Source: an uncultured Bacilli bacterium
GTDB lineage: Bacteria > Bacillota_I > Bacilli_A > RF39 > UBA660
Length of the DNA: 64,000 bases
NCBI GenBank assembly: GCA_944358305.1
Contig: CALVQK010000003.1
Span: forward strand, 19,620 to 83,619
Direction: 5' to 3'
Positions 56,937 through 64,000 of the stretch are shown here, piece after piece. The notes beneath the pieces were generated by a model. It saw only the letters and a list, made by a program, of their open reading frames with translations. It was not told where the DNA came from and searched no databases. Position numbers and translations under genes: made by a program. Position 1 is the stretch's first letter; every line of letters begins with the position of its first letter.

Positions 56937-57812
56937 TTAATATTTAACATAAGGCTTACCTTCTCTAAGTCTTGCTTCTCCTTCCATAACTAATAAAGTT
57001 AAAGCATCACTAATAGCCAAATCTCTAGGAATATCTAACTCTTGAACTATTTCCTCTAAATTATCCATACTAGTACCTTTTAATTTTAATAAAACTGTTG
57101 GTTCTATTAACATCTCAAAATCATCTTTAGATATTATCATATCATTAGCAAAATCTATAACTGTACTTTCATCCTCTGTCAAAATATAACTATGCAACCA
57201 CCAAGTATCTTCAAAAATATTAGGACATTTACAAGTAACAAAATAACAGTCTGGATGCATTTTAATAAATGTCTTAGCTGTTAAATGACATAAATAATCA
57301 AGGCCAGAAAGATTATATAACTCTTTATTTTCCCTACTAGCTATCTCTTCCATCTTTTGTGTTTCTAAAGGATAAGATCTTTTAGCACTTCTAAAAGTAA
57401 AAGAATTAAAAGAAGTATCCATAAAAAACAAATCACTAGTATCATCATATTTAATATCGTTAATTAAAGGAGCCTGTTTTAATCTTTTAATATCTTTTTC
57501 TACATCATCACTACTAGTAAGAATAGAAACAGCATTTAAAGCATCATTCTTAAGAATATAATTATATTTCTTAGCAATCTCATAAAACCTACGTAAGTAT
57601 GTAGAATTATCTAAAAACAAATGATTATATAAAATAGAAACAGGATCATGAGCCGCAAGAGGAGCTACCTTTTTTAAATAAAATATATTTCCCCTTTTCT
57701 TCTTTAACAAATAACTAGTAAGTTCTGTAAACATTGCTTCTGCTTTACTATTATGTCTTTTTAAATTTTCAGCATCTTCCCTGCATAATGTTTCATATAT
57801 TTCTCTTTTCAT
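56937..57812 (-). CDS. Hypothetical protein (291 aa)
   Basis: ORF with RBS GGAGG. A possible Cys/His/Asp arrangement is discussed in the findings. Confidence 0.6.
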   Translation of the reverse strand: MKREIYETLCREDAENLKRHNSKAEAMFTELTSYLLKKKRGNIFYLKKVAPLAAHDPVSILYNHLFLDNSTYLRRFYEIAKKYNYILKNDALNAVSILTSSDDVEKDIKRLKQAPLINDIKYDDTSDLFFMDTSFNSFTFRSAKRSYPLETQKMEEIASRENKELYNLSGLDYLCHLTAKTFIKMHPDCYFVTCKCPNIFEDTWWLHSYILTEDESTVIDFANDMIISKDDFEMLIEPTVLLKLKGTSMDNLEEIVQELDIPRDLAISDALTLLVMEGEARLREGKPYVKY

Positions 57813-57878
57813 AAAACCTCCAAAAAAACAGTTATAGTATATAACAGAAAAGAAAAAAGCACAAGAAAAAGAAGATGC

Positions 57879-59987
57879 TTAATCTTCTTTGTTAACTAAC
57901 CGCAATTCATTATCTACTACATCAAAAGTAACAGTTTCACCATATTTAATAGTACCTTTAACAAGAAGATGAGCAAGCAAGCTTTCAACTGTTTTACTAA
58001 CTTCACGTTTTAAAGGTCTAGCACCATAATTAACATCGTAGCCAGCACCTACTAAATAGTCTTTCGCTTTATCAGTTAATTTAATATGAATATCATTCAT
58101 AGAAAGACGCTTCTCTATATCAGAAATAATTTTATCAAGAATCTCGTAAATAGCATCTTTTGTAAGAGGTTTAAAGACAATAATCTCATCTACACGGTTA
58201 ATAAACTCAGGTCTAAAATGACTTCTTACTTCATCCATTACTTTACTAGTATCTCCATCTAAAATATATTCACTACCTAAGTTAGATGTCATAATAATAA
58301 TAGTATTTTTAAAGTCAACACATCTACCATTAGAATCAGTTATTCTGCCATCATCTAATATTTGTAGTAAAAGATTTAATACCTCAGGATGAGCTTTCTC
58401 TATTTCATCAAATAAGACAATACTATAAGGATTACGTCTAACTGCTTCAGTAAGTTGTCCTCCTTCTTCATAACCAACATATCCTGGAGGAGACCCAATT
58501 AAACGAGAAACACTAAACTTCTCCATATATTCACTCATATCTATTCTTACCATATGTCTTTCATCATCAAAAAGTTCATAAGCAAGAGTTCTTGCTACTT
58601 CAGTTTTACCTACACCAGTAGGTCCTAAGAATATAAATGAACCAATAGGTCTATTAGGATCTTTTATTCCACTACGAGACTTAATTATCGCTTCACTTAC
58701 TAAATGTAAGGCTTCATCTTGCCCCATCACTCTTTTTTTCATACTATTTTCAAGATTAAGAAGTTTCTCTTTCTCGCTACTAACTAATTTACTTAAAGGA
58801 ATATTAGTCATTTTAGAAATAACATTAGCAATATCTTCTTCTGTAACATTATCACTTAAAAACTCTCTATTATCATGGTTTTTTAACTCTTCAAGTTCTT
58901 TCTCTAACTTAGGAATAGTACCATGTTGTAATTTAGCAGCTTTCTCTAAATCATATTTATTTTCAGCTTGCTCAAGTTCAAAACGAGCTTTTTCAATCTC
59001 TTTCTTCTTAGCATTAATCTTATCATTAAGACCCTTTTCTTCTTCCCAAGCTTCTTTATATTCTTTTTCTTTAGCTTTTAACTCTCCTAACTCTTTATCT
59101 ATTTCCTCTTTGCGTTTCATAGATAGCTGATCTCTTTCTTTCTTAATCGCTTGTCTTTCTATTTCAAGTCTCATAATCTTACGAGTTAAAGAGTCAAGGG
59201 CATTAGGAACAGAGTCCATTTGTACTCTAATGGTTGCACATGCTTCATCTACTAAATCTATCGCTTTATCTGGTAAATATCTATCAGTAATATAACGATT
59301 AGATAGTGTTGCTGCTGCTACCAAAGCTTTATCATGAATAGTAACGCCATGATGAATTTCAAACTTTTCTTTAAGTCCACGAAGTATTGTAATTGTATCT
59401 TCAACACTAGGTTCACTAACAATAATCTTTTGAAAACGACGCTCTAAAGCCCCATCTTTCTCTATATATTTACGATACTCATTTAAAGTAGTAGCACCAA
59501 TAACATGAATCTCACCACGAGCAAGCATTGGCTTTAAGATATTAGATGTATCCATAGCACCTTCAGTATTCCCAGTACCTACAATCATATGAATCTCATC
59601 AATAAACATAATAATAGAGCCTTCACTTTTCTTTATTTCATTTAATACTTTCTTAAGTCTCTCTTCAAACTCACCACGGTATTTAGCACCGGCGACTAAA
59701 CTAGCCATATCAAGTTCCCAAATAGTTTTATTTTTAAGACTAGTTGGAACGTCACCTCGCTCTATTCTAAGAGCAAGTCCTTCAACAATAGCAGTCTTAC
59801 CAACACCAGGTTCACCAATTAAAACAGGGTTATTTTTAGTACGGCGTGATAAAACACGAGTAATACTACGAATCTCTTCATCACGACCTATAACAGGATC
59901 AATCTTACCTGCTTTAACCGCTTCATTTATATTACGACCATATTTTTCTAATACATTTTCATTTTCTTCATTTGGATTTTGATACAT
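57879..59987 (-). CDS. clpB: ClpB-type AAA+ disaggregase lacking the N-terminal domain
   Basis: Two AAA+ modules ([16 protein letters not shown]) separated by a long coiled-coil middle domain typical of ClpB. The 702-aa protein starts directly before NBD1, with no Clp_N repeats. Confidence 0.85.
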   Translation of the reverse strand: MYQNPNEENENVLEKYGRNINEAVKAGKIDPVIGRDEEIRSITRVLSRRTKNNPVLIGEPGVGKTAIVEGLALRIERGDVPTSLKNKTIWELDMASLVAGAKYRGEFEERLKKVLNEIKKSEGSIIMFIDEIHMIVGTGNTEGAMDTSNILKPMLARGEIHVIGATTLNEYRKYIEKDGALERRFQKIIVSEPSVEDTITILRGLKEKFEIHHGVTIHDKALVAAATLSNRYITDRYLPDKAIDLVDEACATIRVQMDSVPNALDSLTRKIMRLEIERQAIKKERDQLSMKRKEEIDKELGELKAKEKEYKEAWEEEKGLNDKINAKKKEIEKARFELEQAENKYDLEKAAKLQHGTIPKLEKELEELKNHDNREFLSDNVTEEDIANVISKMTNIPLSKLVSSEKEKLLNLENSMKKRVMGQDEALHLVSEAIIKSRSGIKDPNRPIGSFIFLGPTGVGKTEVARTLAYELFDDERHMVRIDMSEYMEKFSVSRLIGSPPGYVGYEEGGQLTEAVRRNPYSIVLFDEIEKAHPEVLNLLLQILDDGRITDSNGRCVDFKNTIIIMTSNLGSEYILDGDTSKVMDEVRSHFRPEFINRVDEIIVFKPLTKDAIYEILDKIISDIEKRLSMNDIHIKLTDKAKDYLVGAGYDVNYGARPLKREVSKTVESLLAHLLVKGTIKYGETVTFDVVDNELRLVNKED

Positions 59988-60016
59988 AATACATCTCTCC
60001 TTTCTTACACATACAT

Positions 60017-60045
60017 ATTATATAACTGTTATTAGCACTTGTCAA
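60017..60045 (-). promoter_or_regulatory. Sigma-A-type promoter of clpB
   Basis: On the minus strand: TTGACA (60040-60045), 17-nt spacer, TATAAT (60017-60022). The -35 box lies inside the CIRCE spacer. Confidence 0.6.
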
Positions 60046-60058
60046 GTTGGAGTGCTAA
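60032..60058 (-). promoter_or_regulatory. CIRCE element (HrcA operator)
   Basis: TTAGCACTT-N9-GAGTGCTAA differs from the consensus TTAGCACTC-N9-GAGTGCTAA at one position. It overlaps the clpB promoter. Confidence 0.85.
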
Positions 60059-60090
60059 GGGTTTATAAAAAGAAAAGAGTTTTTAAAACT

Positions 60091-61029
60091 CTATACTAAA
60101 TTAGCAATTTGTTTTTCACTAAGGCCAGTATATTTAGATATTTTATCTATAGGTATTCCTTCTTTTAAAAGATTTTTAGCGATAGATCTTTCTCTTTGTT
60201 CAGCACCTTTTTCTATTCCTTTTTCAAGTCCTTCTTTCCTAGCAAGTTTACTATGATATTCTATCTTTAACTCCTCTTCCTCTTTTCTCCTCTTCTCAGG
60301 ATCATATAACCCAATATTATCTATATCATTTGTTAGTTCATATAATTTGTCTCTTACTTCCATTAGTATTTCATCTCCTTCACTTATTTTTATTATTTCT
60401 TTATAATCATCTAATGTTAATATTAATAACTCTTTTTCTAATCTCGTTAAATCTTCTCCTTTATAATATTTCTCTTTTATTTTATATAAATTTATATGAT
60501 ATTTTATACTAGACTCTGTTTCTATTAAACCAATGCCATTTCTTATCTTAAAATCTGATATTAATTCTTTCCCTAAAGCTTTTTCATATTCCTTATAATT
60601 ATCAAAGTTTATTTGAATTACTTTTATATTCTTACTATATTGTTCTCCCTTATTTAATAATTCTCCTTTTATTTTAGAAAAGTAAGCTTCATTTCTTTCT
60701 ATTAGACCTTCCCAGTATTCATTATTACATTCTAGATTAATGATATAACCTCTACACTGAAAGATAAAATCTGAAGTTTTCTTTCTTTCTAAAGCATTAT
60801 TTACTTTATACTCAACATTCTTTTCTTTAAATGTCTTTTTTATTAAGTCTTTATCTATATCTGTTATATTAGATATTAAATCGGCTAAATAATTAGGACA
60901 GTTTCCCATTATTGATTTAAACACGGGATCAAAAGTTGCTTCATAAACGAAATTATTAGATAACATATATTCTCTAATTTCCTCTGGACTAACTTTAGCA
61001 GGTATTTCTTTTTTTCTAATGTATTTCAT
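60091..61029 (-). CDS. Rpn-family recombination-promoting nuclease / PD-(D/E)XK putative transposase
   Basis: N-terminus DPVFKSIMG..., the nuclease core ...KKTSDFIFQCRGYIINLECNN (D...E.N/K-type PD-(D/E)XK pattern), and the characteristic C-terminal tail ERSIAKNLLKEGIPIDKISKYTGLSEKQI. Confidence 0.75.
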   Translation of the reverse strand: MKYIRKKEIPAKVSPEEIREYMLSNNFVYEATFDPVFKSIMGNCPNYLADLISNITDIDKDLIKKTFKEKNVEYKVNNALERKKTSDFIFQCRGYIINLECNNEYWEGLIERNEAYFSKIKGELLNKGEQYSKNIKVIQINFDNYKEYEKALGKELISDFKIRNGIGLIETESSIKYHINLYKIKEKYYKGEDLTRLEKELLILTLDDYKEIIKISEGDEILMEVRDKLYELTNDIDNIGLYDPEKRRKEEEELKIEYHSKLARKEGLEKGIEKGAEQRERSIAKNLLKEGIPIDKISKYTGLSEKQIANLV

Positions 61030-61517
61030 ATAATAACTCCTTTCTGCAACTAAAGTAACAGATACAGAAAGTTATTGCAAAAAGGTAATTTTTTAAATTG
61101 GTTATAAAAACACCTATCAATTTTCTTAATTCGCTAGTTCAATTTAAAATATTGTTATCCGAAAACACATCCAATTTTCAAAATTACAAGTTTTTTAACT
61201 TTTTTCTTCCTCCTTCCTTTTCCATCTTTCTTTACAAGTCTCCCATCTAACATCAATGTATCACATTAGATAAAATAAATCAACAAAAAAGAAAGCTAAT
61301 TAAAGCCTTCTCTATTAACTAACTAATTATCACTAGCTATTCATACTCATTGCGAATCAAAAAAACTCACCAATAACAGTACTTACTGTGACACCTACTT
61401 TATTAAAACAGAAAGTATATAAGGTAAAGACTTAAAGCTTATTATATTTATTTGCTTCCAGAAGGAAGTTCTAAAGGATTAGAAAGTTATGATAAATTAA
61501 GAATAATGACAAAAGGA

Positions 61518-61551
61518 AATGAATAAAAACTCATTTCCTTTTATTATGAAT
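61518..61551. terminator. Terminator downstream of the 592-aa gene
   Basis: AAAGGAAATGA / TCATTTCCTTT 11-bp stem with A and T runs on either side. Confidence 0.6.
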
Positions 61552-61589
61552 AAGCTCTATAAGGTAAGATAATCTTGCGTTTTATTATC

Positions 61590-63368
61590 CTAGTTTATTG
61601 TTGCTACTAATCTAAAAGAGTAAGATGTAACCATACCGCCAGAATTATTTGCATTGCTGTAATAAAAGATACCATTATTTGCACCATCCATCACTCCGCC
61701 ACGCATCATCCATGCCTCTGTATCATTAGGCATAAGATGAACATCTTGATACCATCTACTTACTTCTGATAAAGCATGAGATATACATTTATTTCCATTA
61801 CAAGCTGTATTAGCATCATCAGTAATATATTTATCGTAATATTTTGATTCTGGCATTGAAGAAAAACCAGAATTTCCCACTACATCATTATAATTTGCCA
61901 TTACATATTCTAAAGATCCTCCACTCATATCATAAATTCCAAAAATTGTTCCAGTTGTAGATGAACCAGTTCCATTTATTTCTATATCATAAGTGTAACT
62001 GCACTCATTTAATGCATTTATGTCATAAGGTTTTCCAGTACTGCAACCTGTTATAAAGTTATCCGATTTATTCTGATATATTTCTTTATTTGCTCCACTA
62101 AAATTAGTATTCCCTAATTTTCCGTACTTACTTTGGGATAGATATGCTACTATTGCCCATTCACTATTCTTCATCATATGAGTACCTACATTTGTTGTGA
62201 AGCCATATCTGTTTCCAGTATCATCCATCTTTAAACTTACATTAAAGGCATTACTTACATATATTTGTCGCCAGCTTGGTGCGTTTGGTTTTATCATGAC
62301 ATCTAACTCTGTTGTATTTCCACCACCATATTCTGCACTTGGATTAGAACTACTTGTCTCAAATTTTCCTACCCATATCCCTGATAGTTCTTCATCTCCA
62401 AACGTAAAGGCATCTGGGGTATACCAACTATTGTCTTCTATTCCTGAACTAACTAAATATCTAGCTGTTCCTCTATCTTTTATAGAAGTTGATACAAATC
62501 TTACATCTATTTCTCCTGGTAGATCTTGAGTAGGATCTGTTTCTAAATAGCATCCTTTCTTTCCGTAATAATTTGTTCCATCTTCGCTTCCTATAGAGTA
62601 ACTATATCTTGGTATCCATACCCACATTGTCTCTATATCATCCATTGATATTGTTGTTCCTACATCAGTACTCTTATATGTATCCCTTGTTTCCTCTGTT
62701 ACTGTTACAGCATTTGCCCACATCAACTCTTCATAATTATACCAACTATTATCTATATTGTTAGACTCAGCTTTTACCCAATTGGACCCATCATAACTTA
62801 CTGGAATCATTCCTTCATCTAACTCTGGGGCATTTGGAACATTCTCATATTCTTTAAATATATGACCATTACTTGGTAATTCTAAATCATTATAGTCAAG
62901 CCCTACATTTACTCCTAACTCTATTGTTATATCATTGCTAGAGTTATTTTCTACCATTATTTTGTAAATATTACTAGAACCTGCTGTTCCACTTGCTTCT
63001 AAGTTTACGCCAACAGATTCTGGTAAAGTGTTTGTTTCACAATCTACTATATATCCTGCTTCTACATTATTAGGTAAATCATTTAAATAATAAAAGTTAA
63101 ATCTTGCTTTTCTATTATTTGGATTAGATAGGGTTACTATAAATTCTCTACTGCTGTTTTGTGGAACTGTTAAAGTATTACCTTCACTTCCATCTACTTC
63201 TAGTTTATAAGTTAAGTCCCCTGTTACTATACTTATAGCATTTCCTTTTTCTCTATTTACTGTAAACATAGCATATGAAAAATAGCCTCCTATTATAAGT
63301 AAGCTTATTACTATTACAGAGATCATATAAATTTTACTAAAGCTTGTTTCTAGTAATAATCTTTTCAT
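61590..63368 (-). CDS. Secreted or anchored protein with a C-terminal FGE-sulfatase (SUMF1)-like domain
   Basis: N-terminal hydrophobic anchor. The C-terminal part has GIWVGKFE, HMMKNSEWAIVAYLSQSKYG, GIYDMSGGSLEYV (compare G.YDM.GNVWEW), MRGG and SFRLV (compare GFR), which resemble the FGE-sulfatase fold. Assignment is by eye only. Confidence 0.5.
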   Translation of the reverse strand: MKRLLLETSFSKIYMISVIVISLLIIGGYFSYAMFTVNREKGNAISIVTGDLTYKLEVDGSEGNTLTVPQNSSREFIVTLSNPNNRKARFNFYYLNDLPNNVEAGYIVDCETNTLPESVGVNLEASGTAGSSNIYKIMVENNSSNDITIELGVNVGLDYNDLELPSNGHIFKEYENVPNAPELDEGMIPVSYDGSNWVKAESNNIDNSWYNYEELMWANAVTVTEETRDTYKSTDVGTTISMDDIETMWVWIPRYSYSIGSEDGTNYYGKKGCYLETDPTQDLPGEIDVRFVSTSIKDRGTARYLVSSGIEDNSWYTPDAFTFGDEELSGIWVGKFETSSSNPSAEYGGGNTTELDVMIKPNAPSWRQIYVSNAFNVSLKMDDTGNRYGFTTNVGTHMMKNSEWAIVAYLSQSKYGKLGNTNFSGANKEIYQNKSDNFITGCSTGKPYDINALNECSYTYDIEINGTGSSTTGTIFGIYDMSGGSLEYVMANYNDVVGNSGFSSMPESKYYDKYITDDANTACNGNKCISHALSEVSRWYQDVHLMPNDTEAWMMRGGVMDGANNGIFYYSNANNSGGMVTSYSFRLVATIN

Positions 63369-63545
63369 AAAAGATACCTCTTTCTTTTATAAGTTTACCC
63401 AGATCAATATTTTTAATACTATTAAAATATTTCAATATATAATTATAGATAAGTATATTTGACAATACTATTAAGGATAGAACTCTCATCTTCAATAATT
63501 TACTATCCTAATATGATTATAACATATTTTCGTCTATTTTCCCAA

Positions 63546-63586
63546 GAAAAATTAAATTGATACCAAAAAATGGAAAAATTAAATTG
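63546..63586. promoter_or_regulatory. Two exact 14-nt direct repeats (GAAAAATTAAATTG) directly upstream of the XRE gene
   Basis: Copies at 63546-63559 and 63573-63586, 27 nt start to start. The second ends 10 nt before the ATG. Confidence 0.4.
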
Positions 63587-63596
63587 GTGAAGCAAA

Positions 63597-64000
63597 ATGA
63601 TTATAAAAAATTTAAGATATACAAGAGAAAACTTAGGTCTTAAACAAAAAGATTTAACTGCTCTTTTTAACGTAACTTACTCTACAATATCTGGATGGGA
63701 AACAGGTAAAGACACAATCCCCCTAAAACAACTAATTAAATATGCAAATAAATACAATTTTAGCTTAGACTATCTATTTGGTCTAACTAACACTAATAAG
63801 TCTTATTTACCCTTAGAAATAGATTTAAATGTTATATCTAGAAACTTAAAAACTATTAGAAAGCAAAATAAAAAAACTCAAGAACAGATCGCTAAAGTCC
63901 TAAATACAAGCTCTGGTGGCTATGCTCATTATGAAAATTCTAGATATTTAATCCCTACTAATTTTATCTATAATCTTGCTCTTTTCTATAAAGACTTTTC
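63597..64000 (+). CDS. XRE-family regulator with two HTH modules (3' end outside the window)
   Basis: Absent from the ORF track because it has no stop inside the window. The first HTH is LRYTRENLGLKQKDLTALFNVTYSTISGWETGKDTIP and the second is LKTIRKQNKKTQEQIAKVLNTSSGGYAHYEN. Confidence 0.75.
   Translation, partial: MIIKNLRYTRENLGLKQKDLTALFNVTYSTISGWETGKDTIPLKQLIKYANKYNFSLDYLFGLTNTNKSYLPLEIDLNVISRNLKTIRKQNKKTQEQIAKVLNTSSGGYAHYENSRYLIPTNFIYNLALFYKDF

Noticed and set aside
1-64000. Mollicutes-type genetic code (UGA = Trp), given the AT-richness and the Mollicutes-like clpB regulation
   Set aside because: TGA terminates well-supported genes (for example the integrase at 3764-3766 and the 292-aa gene at 47914-47916). 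Trp positions are TGG, the tRNA-Trp has anticodon CCA, and all conserved proteins are full length under code 11.

Overview
This is a visibly AT-rich, densely coding chromosomal segment that uses the standard code (TGA is a stop, for example at 3764-3766). It looks like a low-GC, spore-forming Bacillota genome; that call is an inference from cwlJ, a collagen-like BclA-type gene, a T-box leader and a CIRCE element.

**Core content.** Most genes are housekeeping: rpsD, tyrS behind a Tyr T-box leader, murI, truA, pta, xth, fhs, corA, ezrA, clpB behind a CIRCE operator, a tmk-like kinase and one tRNA-Trp(CCA). Envelope and surface genes are also common:
- a GH25 muramidase
- a YfhO-type membrane protein next to two tandem DUF3048 paralogs
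- a VanY/M15B peptidase, a GH31 hydrolase and an arylsulfotransferase
- a zinc-ribbon/PASTA protein
- a thioester-domain adhesin with its own sortase

**What is absent.** I found no rRNA, no CRISPR array, no intact IS element or prophage, and no canonical defence system.

**Accessory-looking patches.**
- The left edge (1-3.8 kb) holds a tyrosine integrase divergent from SHOCT, unknown and nucleotidyltransferase genes.
- The right edge (60-64 kb) holds an Rpn-family nuclease, a 560-nt non-coding gap, an FGE-like secreted protein and an XRE regulator.

**Best candidates for something undescribed.** All are hypotheses from reading the sequence, not verified.
1. A tightly coupled five-gene ezrA operon. 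Its four downstream genes are uncharacterised membrane proteins, and one ends in an AT-hook-like RRGRPKK tail.
2. An 18-codon leader peptide with a terminator/antiterminator switch in front of an ABC exporter.
3. A doubly degenerate ECF-type ATPase pair that sits in the conserved position upstream of truA but has no EcfT gene.
4. An HD-phosphohydrolase fused to a MazG-like pyrophosphohydrolase.
5. A T-box-controlled tyrS operon that also carries a beta-propeller repeat protein and a degenerate histidine-phosphatase-like protein.
6. A thioester adhesin with a non-canonical VPNTS sorting signal and a dedicated small sortase.

Start codons were re-picked by eye from Shine-Dalgarno spacing wherever the ORF track began inside the ribosome-binding site.
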